In this document: positions 1-10,100 of the stretch, in pieces | Layout: each line of letters starts with the position of its first letter | Position numbering within the stretch: the stretch's first letter is position 1 | Origin: an uncultured bacterium | GTDB lineage: Bacteria > Oederibacteriota > JAAXVQ01 > JAUVAV01 | Direction: 5' to 3' | DNA length: 64,000 nt | Assembly (NCBI GenBank): GCA_963710755.1 | Contig: CAVQBK010000013.1 | Location: 160,001-224,000, forward strand | Translations under genes and position numbers: made by a program | Notes under the pieces: generated by a model | Told to the model about the DNA's origin: nothing | Database searches by the model: none | The model's input: only the letters and a program-made list of their open reading frames with translations

Positions 1-3000
1 GGCATAAGTCACTTGCTGGGTATATTGCCCTTCTTTCTTTATAATGCCCAGCATGACGTGCGCTGCGTCCCGAAGGATGTCCTTACTCATTCTTTGATAA
101 TTGCCTGCAATGGTCATCATACCATTGACCAAGGCCAAATCTCCTGCACTGGTATCCAAGAGGGGGAGCCCACCCCAATCTTCATTCGCTGGCATTTCAT
201 CGGCAGTGGTTAATTCTTCCATGGTGGCACGGTAAAGAGGAAAATATCTTTGCCCGTGAGCGCCGTACAACAAAATTTCGGAGATCATGGCATGTAATGC
301 TTCCTCCTGCGGATTAAAGCCCGTATAACCATCAGGTTTAATAAATGGACTCACATCCGGTTTTTTTGGGTAAATTTTAGTGGCTCTCACCATGGCCTTA
401 ACCCATTTCATATCCAAAATACCTTTACCGGCCAATTTCAACAGTTCATCCCGCATTTGGTAGAAAAGTTTTCTGTCCAAGCGATAAGTACGATGGAAGG
501 AAGTCACAGCTTCGTACTTATCTACCACTGGCAAAGCTTCTTGTATAGCGGTAGTTTCAACGGACGTAAGGCCGTAAGGATAACCATTACCGTTTAATTC
601 TTCATGATGAATGGTGCCTTCTACCATAACCGGATCCAAGCCGAATGATTTAAGCACAATTTCCCCCACCCGGGAATGAGCCATTACCAGCATCCTTTGT
701 TGGGGATCGAAGCGCCCGGTATCATAAAGAATCGCCGGATCGATAAAAACTTTTCCATAATCATGGAGCCATGCAGCTTGTCTTAATTTTTCAATGAACG
801 GTTGATACCAACCGTGTTCCACCCCATTAGCGACCCCATATTCTTCAGCCGCATGTGCTGCATATTCCGAGACATAATGACAATGAAGGAAGCTTTCGAA
901 ATTGGAATGGGTATTCTCAGGGTTAAAATTATAGGCATAACGAAAAATTTGATTATAGAGCATGCCTGTCCAAAAATAGGGTCGCAATTCATTAGGCATT
1001 TTTTTTAAATATTTTTCATTAGCTTCCCGAACTAAAGCCCCAAGCTCTGCGGCAGCTTCCACAGCCTTGCGGTTGACTGAATCAGGCCAATATTGATTAT
1101 AGGCCCTGCCAGACAACTGATTAACTTGCTCGGCATCAATGTCCCCTAAGGTCAAGCGATATTTCAAACTAATAGCTTCCATGCGATCCAATATTTTTTT
1201 ACGATTACTCTCACGCACCATGGCCAGAGCTTTTTTGACTTGAGTCCAGGAGGGATTGTCATAGGCCAGCTCTTTTTTCAAATCAATCACCTTATAAGCC
1301 AAAGCTTCATACAATTCTCTAAAGTAAAGGACGTTGACAACCCAGAACACGATACTTACCAAAGGCACGTGCACATGCAGCATTAAAATATCATCATGGT
1401 AGAGAACCAGCACTGGCAAATAGGGCAGCAACATGAGCAGTTGTTTTAAAAAGCCGATGATGAATTGAAGCACATGAAACCAACGAAACGCCTGCTCACC
1501 GTGTACGATCAGGTCTATGGTTTTGAACCCTTGCAGCAATGCAGTATATAACAGAAGCGGTAGGCTCATGGCCAGCAAGCCCGCTTTGGGAAAGAAAAGG
1601 CCAGTCAGCAACGTAAAGACAATAATGCCGCCTATGTCCAAAAACAGGCCCCACTGACCCCACTTGATCTGCCGACGGATCTCTCTGGGAAATGCGATCC
1701 GCGATATCCAAAATCCCAGGGAGGCGATCACATTCTCCAATTCCCAGGTACGGTCGCTGACTGAAAATTGATGCCAAAGATCCACCTGTTGTCCCCAAAA
1801 TTTGACCAACCGTGGCCGGGCCTCGACAAATACATGAGCTACCAAAAGGCCTCCCAAGTAATAAGCGATAAACGTCATTCCCGAAGGATTTAGTGCAGTG
1901 CCTACAAGGGCAAATAACACCACTTGAAAACCTGTCAGGGACAAATAAGATAAATTAAAAAAGGCCAGTTTCAACTGTTGTATAGGACTTAATGTTCCCT
2001 CTATCCCCACAAGATGCAGGATATGCCAAAAAAACTTGTAAACTAAAAAGAACACCCAAAAAGACATGCCAAAAAGCAATGGTTGATTTAAAAGTTGCAG
2101 ATGCCACCAGGTGGTCAAACCGACAAACCCCACTGATTCCACCACGGCCGGTGCAAAAACGTCGGCCATGAACCAAGCGATGCGGTGCCGCCAGGGAGAA
2201 GCGTTCTTGCCTTTTGGCCCTAATATCCTTTTCTCCAAGTTTTTATACAACCATTTTTGCAAGAAGGGCCATTGTCCGGGCGAAGCGAACCTTGCTTGCA
2301 ACCATGAACTTAAACGCCAATTCTCCGCCCACCCCGAATGGGTGCGGCGCAGGGACTGAAGTTGATGAAACAGCGCTATTAAGCTGGTCCGGATTTTATG
2401 CCAAGCTTGACTGATGGATTGTGACCATGAATACCAAGCCGGTGTACTTAAAATGGCGCGAGCACGCTGCTTGGCTTCCTGGTTGGATAGAAACCGTACC
2501 TTCATATTGGTTAGGCCCGTGCCCAGGTGCCATATCCGGCGTGGAGAAAAAAGCGCGGTGATGTCCGTGTTTTCAATGGGGACCAAGTAAGTTTTGGTTT
2601 TTTCATTACTCCTGACCGCAGACCAATCAAAGTCAATGGCAGGATCGTTTTCTGCATAGCTTGCCAGCTGCTGCTGAACATAGACTTGGAGTTCCTGGGG
2701 ATTCACATCCGCCGCGTCCATTTTTAATTCCACGGTGGTCGCTTTGGCAACCACATCCAGCTGTTCAGCGAAAAACCGCAACGCGTCAGGTAATTCCTTG
2801 TCAGGGAGGCTGGCCATACTCAGGGGCTTAAAACGCGAAGCCAGCGCAATCAGGGTCTGGTTTTGGGCCAGCAGTTTTTCCAGGGACGTTTTTTCATGCC
2901 TAAGTAGGGCAAAATAGGGATTAATCAAATCGACCTGGGTCAAGCGAGGTTTGATGCTGATATAGGAAACATCCTTCTGTTTCAGACTTTCCAGAATTCC

Positions 3001-4263
3001 GGCCTGATGATAGCCGCCACTAAGCAGCACTGCTTGTTCCTGTCCTTGAGCCCGCATGCTCGCCAAGAGGTTGGTGACAAAGGCCTCGCTGCGTTGATCA
3101 GCCTGTTCATAAAAACCACTAACTTTGTCCAGGGCTTCATCCAGATGCAGGAGGCCTGCTTCCAAAATCTGCGGCGGCCTTTTCTCCATCAGGTTGGACT
3201 CCACCTGATGGATGAACTTTAAAAATGAAGCAACAGTATAGCTGGCCCGGTTTGCTTGAAAGGCCTCCAACTCTGCGGTTGTGGCAGACACGTTGAGCAG
3301 CTTTTCCATCAATTCCACTTGCCGTAAGCGCTGGTCCAAGGCCTCCTCTTGGCGGTTCTGATATAAGGTGCGGCGAATGGCCCTATCCAAGTCATCCACC
3401 TCTTTGATCAGTTGATCCTGATCCACCCCATACGGTAATACATGACGCCGTTTGGAAATGGTTTTTTTGATTTCCTGATAAGGTGCCAGCGGCAGACCCT
3501 GGGCCTGGGCAGTTTCATAGAGAAAGGCGCTGTATTTAAGCAGAGGCCATTGTCCTGACTTAAAGGCCATGACATCCTTGTCGTAGTCTTTCAGCGTCTC
3601 GTGATAAACACTGTCTTTTAGAGTATCCAGCGCATCCCTCAAATCCCAAATTAAGCCTTGTGTCTCGTCGGTGAGAAAGGCCTCAATGGCCTGGCGGCTG
3701 TGCTGATACAATTGGGGTGTTTCAATGCCGTCCAGAATCACCGGGATCTTGCCTGTAGCTGCATAGTATTCAGCACCGCTCATCTGGCCGGTTCTGATAA
3801 AATGACGTCCTACCAACTCCTTAACCTTTTGCAGGGGGAAGGTGCGTAATTTGGAAACATCCAGTGCTTCACTGGCACCTTCGACGCCTATCAGCCTGAT
3901 TTGGTTATCTTGGACCAGATGGGCCAACAACTGGGCAATATTGAGCTGTACTTCCTGTTGGCAATGAAGGTCCTGAATATAAATGATGGTTGGGCCATGG
4001 CCTTGGAAGTGATCGGTTACCTGGCCATATTGACGTGGTATGTTATAAAATTGATGTTGTAAGTTTATCCTATTTGGCCCTTGCAGGTAGGCCGCTTGGT
4101 CAAAGGCCCAAGTAACGTAGGGTGTGATAAAGGTAAGGGTCAGTAGCAACGCCAATGTTTTGGTCATGCTCTTAAAGAAGATCTTCTGCCCAAACAGATG
4201 TGCTATTAATTTGTGAAGTTGATGCTGTCGCCAATGTTGATAGTTTGAATTAATCTCAGTCAT
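1..4263 (-). CDS. Giant multidomain protein, paralog A (3'-truncated, >1420 aa): signal peptide, conserved N-terminal module, multi-TM region, HD-GYP domain
   Basis: Manual translation from ATG 4263 (AAGGA upstream): MTEINSNY...LALLLTLTFITPYVTWAFD...IYIQDLHCQQEVQLNIA...LIGVEGA...SGAEY...ADQRSEAFVTNL...LLSGGYH...LINPYF. TM segments at ~2160-1320. HD-GYP motifs AWLHDYGK, HHEELNGNGYPYGL and VVDKYEAVTSFHRTYR at ~890-480. No stop found in the stretches translated, and the ORF track reports no terminated ORF from this start. Confidence 0.9.
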   Translation of the reverse strand, partial: MTEINSNYQHWRQHQLHKLIAHLFGQKIFFKSMTKTLALLLTLTFITPYVTWAFDQAAYLQGPNRINLQHQFYNIPRQYGQVTDHFQGHGPTIIYIQDLHCQQEVQLNIAQLLAHLVQDNQIRLIGVEGASEALDVSKLRTFPLQKVKELVGRHFIRTGQMSGAEYYAATGKIPVILDGIETPQLYQHSRQAIEAFLTDETQGLIWDLRDALDTLKDSVYHETLKDYDKDVMAFKSGQWPLLKYSAFLYETAQAQGLPLAPYQEIKKTISKRRHVLPYGVDQDQLIKEVDDLDRAIRRTLYQNRQEEALDQRLRQVELMEKLLNVSATTAELEAFQANRASYTVASFLKFIHQVESNLMEKRPPQILEAGLLHLDEALDKVSGFYEQADQRSEAFVTNLLASMRAQGQEQAVLLSGGYHQAGILESLKQKDVSYISIKPRLTQVDLINPYFALLRHEKTSLEKLLAQNQTLIALASRFKPLSMASLPDKELPDALRFFAEQLDVVAKATTVELKMDAADVNPQELQVYVQQQLASYAENDPAIDFDWSAVRSNEKTKTYLVPIENTDITALFSPRRIWHLGTGLTNMKVRFLSNQEAKQRARAILSTPAWYSWSQSISQAWHKIRTSLIALFHQLQSLRRTHSGWAENWRLSSWLQARFASPGQWPFLQKWLYKNLEKRILGPKGKNASPWRHRIAWFMADVFAPAVVESVGFVGLTTWWHLQLLNQPLLFGMSFWVFFLVYKFFWHILHLVGIEGTLSPIQQLKLAFFNLSYLSLTGFQVVLFALVGTALNPSGMTFIAYYLGGLLVAHVFVEARPRLVKFWGQQVDLWHQFSVSDRTWELENVIASLGFWISRIAFPREIRRQIKWGQWGLFLDIGGIIVFTLLTGLFFPKAGLLAMSLPLLLYTALLQGFKTIDLIVHGEQAFRWFHVLQFIIGFLKQLLMLLPYLPVLVLYHDDILMLHVHVPLVSIVFWVVNVLYFRELYEALAYKVIDLKKELAYDNPSWTQVKKALAMVRESNRKKILDRMEAISLKYRLTLGDIDAEQVNQLSGRAYNQYWPDSVNRKAVEAAAELGALVREANEKYLKKMPNELRPYFWTGMLYNQIFRYAYNFNPENTHSNFESFLHCHYVSEYAAHAAEEYGVANGVEHGWYQPFIEKLRQAAWLHDYGKVFIDPAILYDTGRFDPQQRMLVMAHSRVGEIVLKSFGLDPVMVEGTIHHEELNGNGYPYGLTSVETTAIQEALPVVDKYEAVTSFHRTYRLDRKLFYQMRDELLKLAGKGILDMKWVKAMVRATKIYPKKPDVSPFIKPDGYTGFNPQEEALHAMISEILLYGAHGQRYFPLYRATMEELTTADEMPANEDWGGLPLLDTSAGDLALVNGMMTIAGNYQRMSKDILRDAAHVMLGIIKKEGQYTQQVTYA

Positions 4264-4568
4264 TGTGCATCCTTAAATTTTCAGAAAACAGCAATCACTG
4301 ATTACTATACCATCATTAGCGGCAGCTATTACCATAAAACATAATTATTATTTTTAAAAAATAATATATATAACACTTGTGTTTTATTTTAGAACACTAA
4401 TAAATTAATTTTTTAGTGTAAATATTCGGAATATATTTTGTCATATTTATAATTATATGCTTTATTTTTTAATGTTTTATTATCAACTTAAAAATTGACA
4501 TCTAAAAATTTCCACTTGCCCCTTTTTTTCAACAGTTATAATTTAACCTTCTCAATTATTGGGAATAA

Positions 4569-5996
4569 CTAAAAGCTGATTTCCGTTCCTATGGTGGCAC
4601 ACCCATAAATATAATTGAAGGCATAGTCAGGATCATATTCGACATTATTGTTTGACCAATGGCTGATCCACTGATACTGGAGAATAAGCCGCCACCAATG
4701 CACCAGTAAGGGTTGCCGGATTCTGAAAGAAGCTGATAATCCTTGTTCTTTTAAAGGCTCCTTAAAAACCCATAGCCCCAAAAGAGGCTGAGTGGCCGAG
4801 GTCTGACGGGAAGGCCTGGTATGATATTGCCTTAAAAAATAACCCAATTTCAGCAGGCCTTCCGGGGCAAAGGCTCCCAATTTAAAAGGAAATTGAAATA
4901 AATAATGGCTGGTGATGGCCTGGGCATCAAAATCAAAATAGGATGGCACAAACACATCCCGGCCGGTACTGTCGTCATATAAAAAATAATTCTGATTGGA
5001 GCTGCAGAGCCTCCAAAGATAGCCCAAAGTGACTTCGTGATGCTCGTGTATATACAAGGGCAGTTGGATATAGATTTCCCGAACCAGATCCTGGCGCTTG
5101 ATGGTTTCATTAATAGTTCCGTCGGCCTGAATTTGGCCAACTTGATCATAATCCCACTGGGCCAGACTAACCATGACATCCAAATTAATGAAATTCTTTT
5201 CATTCCCCAGCCGTTGCCCCACCTGCAAATGGGTGGCGTTAAAATCCAATGCTTCTGCCTCCGCACCTTGTTCTATCAGCGCAATAGTATCAGTCACCGG
5301 ATTAATCACCGTTGTCTCCCCTGTTTGCGGAGGTATGCGCGGACTATTATTGGAATTGTCATTATTGGCCTGAGGTCGACGCAACCCGCCATCATCAATA
5401 TAAAGACTGTAATAATCGGGAAAGGTTTTGGAACTCCAGCTTCCTTCCAGCCTGCTTTCCATAGCCAGACCGGGGTGGTAGGAGGCTTGCATATTTATAA
5501 CCCCGCCGTATTCCTGGGCATTATAATAAGCCTCAGCCAATGTCTCATTTTGATAATAAGGAAGATCTTCGGTACGGCCAAAAACCTTCCCCCCCATCCG
5601 AATCCCCGGCCAAGTCTTTACATTAGCTCCCAACCAGTACTCCATGATGAGTTGTTCCCTGTACATAAAGACTGGATCTTCCGTATCCAGTACGGCCGAA
5701 GGATAAATGTACGTTAAATCGATACCAGGATGGAACGTCAGGGAATCCTGCGATTTAAAACCTATGGTGGGCGTAAAAGAAAGATCCACTTCCCAAGCCG
5801 CGGCTTGGGCCTTGGGGCTCGGTGTATTGCCCGTGCTGTCAAGATATACAGCTGGATAACTAAGGTCATTCACTGCGGCATGACCAATTACCATAAGATT
5901 ACCAGCTGGTTTAAAGGTCAATTCCTCAGCATAACCCATGGCATTAATCATCAAAGTCCCCAGCCATAAGCCGGCCCAATAGCCCAACGCCCTCAT
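4569..5996 (-). CDS. Hypothetical exported protein, probable outer-membrane beta-barrel
   Basis: 475 aa, GGAGG RBS, signal peptide, aromatic-rich alternating strands, C-terminal ...GTEISF. Confidence 0.6.
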   Translation of the reverse strand: MRALGYWAGLWLGTLMINAMGYAEELTFKPAGNLMVIGHAAVNDLSYPAVYLDSTGNTPSPKAQAAAWEVDLSFTPTIGFKSQDSLTFHPGIDLTYIYPSAVLDTEDPVFMYREQLIMEYWLGANVKTWPGIRMGGKVFGRTEDLPYYQNETLAEAYYNAQEYGGVINMQASYHPGLAMESRLEGSWSSKTFPDYYSLYIDDGGLRRPQANNDNSNNSPRIPPQTGETTVINPVTDTIALIEQGAEAEALDFNATHLQVGQRLGNEKNFINLDVMVSLAQWDYDQVGQIQADGTINETIKRQDLVREIYIQLPLYIHEHHEVTLGYLWRLCSSNQNYFLYDDSTGRDVFVPSYFDFDAQAITSHYLFQFPFKLGAFAPEGLLKLGYFLRQYHTRPSRQTSATQPLLGLWVFKEPLKEQGLSASFRIRQPLLVHWWRLILQYQWISHWSNNNVEYDPDYAFNYIYGCATIGTEISF

Positions 5997-6172
5997 GGTT
6001 TAAACCTCCGGTTATTTTTCTCACACTTAAGTTTATGCCCGCTTCAGCAATTTCTCAACTGTTTTACTTGGATAAGTAGTCACCTAATCAACGAGCAGGG
6101 CATTGGAAAGAGTCGTTGACATTTGAGCAATTTGGATGTTTATTACCATCAAAAATACCGGGGAGAATATAA

Positions 6173-7117
6173 ATGATCAAATCCATTATCATTGCGCTCG
6201 GTTCCATAGCCATCTTGTGGCTGGTCATCTTTCTTATTAATGAAACCGATTTCCTTTATCACGAACCTGAAGGCTATACGCTGTCCAAGGAAGCGCAATG
6301 GTTCTCTCCCGATGTAGCGCCTTTATTTATCACCAACCCCAAACACGATCAGTTGATTCTATTTATCCATGGGTATCAAAGCACACCTCACGATCTGCGC
6401 GCTATTGCCCTGCATTTTTCCAAATCTTATGATGTGGCTCTGCCTCTGCTTCCCGGCCACGGCACATCGGAAGCAGATTTTCAAAAAACCTTCTTTGCTC
6501 AATGGTACGGCTATGCCAGTGATTTGTATCATTACTATCGCAAACAATACAAAAAGGTTTACCTATGCGGCTTTTCCATGGGCGGCACCATTGCGCTCAC
6601 GCTGGCCGAGAACAACCAGGGCGGCATGGCCCCCGATGGCTTGGTCATCCTGTCGGCGCCCGTCTTTTTAAACCATTTATGGGGTAGTGGTATTCTCTAT
6701 GACTGGCGATTGTATTTCTCGCGTATGGCTTCCTGGTTTCTGGAAAAAGTCTCTCATCCCATTCCATCAAGCGACGGCGACGGCGCTCATGAAATCGGCT
6801 ATGAAGGTACGAATTATTTAAAACAGGTACACAGCTTGAAGTTGGCCATGAACAGGGCACGCCGGCATTTGGATAAGATCAAGGCGCCCATGCTGCTTAT
6901 GCAGGCCATGGGCGACCATACCGTGCCTTTTGCCAACATGGCTTATATTGCCCGTCATGTCAGCTCCAAGGTGGTTTGGACCAAAGCCTTTGATCTTAGT
7001 GCCTGGTCGCATCGCAAACATCTGATCCCCTTGTATGACACTACCCAGCCGCAGATCATTAAGGAAATGGACCTGTTTTTAGATAAGATCAATGACAAAC
7101 CGGCCAAGAATGAATAG
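6173..7117 (+). CDS. Alpha/beta-hydrolase (carboxylesterase/monoacylglycerol lipase-like) with N-terminal anchor
   Basis: FIHGY oxyanion motif, LPGHG, GFSMGG nucleophile elbow, DHTV acid, late His. Confidence 0.85.
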   Translation: MIKSIIIALGSIAILWLVIFLINETDFLYHEPEGYTLSKEAQWFSPDVAPLFITNPKHDQLILFIHGYQSTPHDLRAIALHFSKSYDVALPLLPGHGTSEADFQKTFFAQWYGYASDLYHYYRKQYKKVYLCGFSMGGTIALTLAENNQGGMAPDGLVILSAPVFLNHLWGSGILYDWRLYFSRMASWFLEKVSHPIPSSDGDGAHEIGYEGTNYLKQVHSLKLAMNRARRHLDKIKAPMLLMQAMGDHTVPFANMAYIARHVSSKVVWTKAFDLSAWSHRKHLIPLYDTTQPQIIKEMDLFLDKINDKPAKNE

Positions 7118-7189
7118 AGATTGGGGTTAAACAAAGCTTATACCTATAAGGGCTCACATGTTGAACCCCTACTATTGAACTACAAACGT

Positions 7190-10100
7190 CTACACACCTT
7201 GCAACGCCGATTGCTGAGGTTTGCGCCGCATAATGGTGTTTACCTTTCGGTAATCCCAAATAACATCCGTTCCTAAATGCTTGTCTAATCCATCCAGAAT
7301 AATACCGCCGACCGTTTTCATCCCCTTTTCCCACATTATGTTTGGCAGACGCAATGGCCTTCCTTGATAGATTGCCAATCGTTGTGAGGTCAGAGGCGCG
7401 CTCAAGACCAAAAGTTCCTGCGCCTTAAACATGAAGTCGCCATCAAGTTCATCAGCATGGTTCTGTATGATCCGCGCCAGGCCCCGCACCAATTCCTCTC
7501 TCCTCTGCGCCAAGCTCAACCCAGGCCGGGCTTGCAGTTGCGCCAAAAGGCCTTGACGGGGGTCAAGCACCAATTTGTCAAACGGTCCGGCCGCGCCGGC
7601 GCTGACAAGTACGGCGGCGGTCTGCCAATAAGTTCTTCCGTCAACACGCAAGATCACCGCGGCCAGCAACCGATCCAGGAAAGCCCCGCCCAACCACGGG
7701 CCGGTCATTTCGTTCATGAGTATCCGCTTATAAATCCGGGACCGGAAATAATGCTGCGGACCTAAGCTTTCTTCACGGGAGCGCTGCTTGCCTCTTTGCT
7801 GAATCAAGCTTTTCCATGATTGAATGGAAGTCATAAGCAAAGGGCTGAATACACCTATTATCCAGCCGGCAACGTTGATAATAGCTTTAAATCCTCTTCG
7901 GCGATAGGGCGTGTTCAAACGCCGGCTCAGCGACGCTCCATTGGCAACAGTTCTGCCGGTCCGCCGTTCTTTCCACCAGCGCACCAGCACCCACCCCACC
8001 ACCAGCGCAGCCGTGGCAACCAACAGCCAGGCGTTGGGCTCCAAGCCCCAGGACAGAGGACCGTCAAGCGGCCCGGCCAGCAGAGAATTGCTATGGCCCA
8101 AGCCCAACAAGCCTGAACCCAGAGAGGCCAGGAGGATGGCAGCAGAATGGCCATTGCCTGGAAATCGGATAACATTCTTCGGATTCGTTTCAGGTCCTTC
8201 CGGCCCGTCTTGGCCACTTCTGTAAGTCAAAAACAATAAATGTTTCGGCAGCCCAAATAGGTTCAATTGTTTGTTTGCTAAATCAATGCCAACATTCGAA
8301 TATTTTTGGTACTCCAGGGTTGACGTCATTCCATTTTGACGGATAAGTTTGCCAATCTTAGCGACCATTTGTTTAAGAAATGCTTCACGTTTGCCTTGGT
8401 TACGGATGGCAAATATTTTAAAGGTGGCTTCAATATAGTCGGAAGGATATTCTTTTTTCGTCTCCAATTCCGCGTTGATCATGGTTTCCAATTCCTCATC
8501 CGTGCTCTCCGTAAGCAGGATGAGGGTGTTCAGGGCTTCTTCTCTGTCTTTGTCAAGGATGTCTTTTTTCTGTTGCTGCATATCCCGGAGTTTTTTAGCA
8601 TAGGTCAACCGTAGCTGCTCGTCTCTGGTCCGTCCCAGCAACTCAAGGATAAGATTAATCAATGCGTTCAATTTTATTTCGGCAAAGCTCTCCGCAGAAC
8701 CAGCGTCAACAAATGTATTTAATTCATCCATCGCATGATGCAACGCAATGGCCGGACGCTTTCTAAAGTTTGTTCTGATCTCTCTTTCCGCCTCATTGGG
8801 GTTATGAGTCCAATGATGCTTCAGTCGGATATTTTTGCCAATAGGAGCTGCCCTGTCCAGTGCTTTTTCACCTTCTTGTTCAATTGCTGGTTTTTTCTCA
8901 CCTTTAACATCTAAACCCAAAGCGGGTTTCATATCATGTTCATATTCATCAAAAGGCTTGTCTTGACTATTTCCCGGTGATTTCTCAGACTGTTCAACGA
9001 TGACCGGTTTTAAAAAAGCCAGATAATCAGGCAATTTTTCAGACACGGCTCGTGCATTTTCCATATCCACTCCACCATCGTGATACCACTCAAGGATCGA
9101 CGCTAGGGTAATTGGTGTTCCCGAAATCATAACTTTTATTTTTATCAATATTTCACCAAGCATGCGTTGCCTAAGGGCATCATCTATTAACGCCAACGCT
9201 TTGTAAGCCGAATCCAACAAGGCCATCGGTTGGGCAAGGGCAATAGAGTCGAGCTTTTCTTGAATTTCAGTCTTCAACTGCTCGTCCTTAAGGCGGCTTA
9301 AAGTAATGATCAGGTTAAGATCGTGTTGGCCGGTGAGAATACCTTCGTGCTTAAGATAACCACTGAGTTCCGTGGCAAAGTGAAGGCGCCTGCCATGATT
9401 CACTGTTTGGCCAAGCAGCTTCAACATATAGGTAATCAGCCCCCTCAGCTCTCCTTCTGCTTGGTCAGCAAGGGTTTCATGTTCAGCTTTTTTAATATCA
9501 GCCAATACATAGGTCAGAACTTTTCCCGGTTCTTGTTTGAATATCTCATCATAGTAAGCTTTATAGAACCCAGGGCCGTTCTCCCAATTCACATGGGATG
9601 CCAATCCATTTGACGACGTCTCAATTCTTTCAATTTTAATATCATCGCCGGCCGCTTCCACATCTTTGTATTTATCCACCTCCAACAACTCTTCTATTGT
9701 CTTACCATTAATCCTAATCGGTGGCAAAGCGATAGCCCATTCTTGCGCCCGCTGCTTAAAAAAGTGATATTGTGCTCGGCTTTGTCTGTCCATGGTCACA
9801 CTAATCTGGCGGGAAGGATGAAGATCAATTAAGTAGATTCTCATTAACGGCCACAATTGTTGAAGACCTTCTTGTTGAGCCCCTGAGGGCAAATGAGGAT
9901 ATTCGCTTATAAAATTATTGATGACCTGGTTTAATTGGAGTCCTGCCTTGAGACGTTCCATGTAAGTTTCATGGTAAAGCCCTCGCAACAGGTTGAGCTC
10001 TTGCTCTAAAGGCAAGTAGTGAAGGGTTGGAAGATTAGCACGATCTATATTAAATCGTTGATAAGTTCCTATGAGACGATCGGTAAAGATTTTTACAAAA

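Noticed and set aside
13-3849. Many short ORFs listed in the first 4 kb
   Set aside because: They are shadows of the long minus-strand reading frame starting at 4263.
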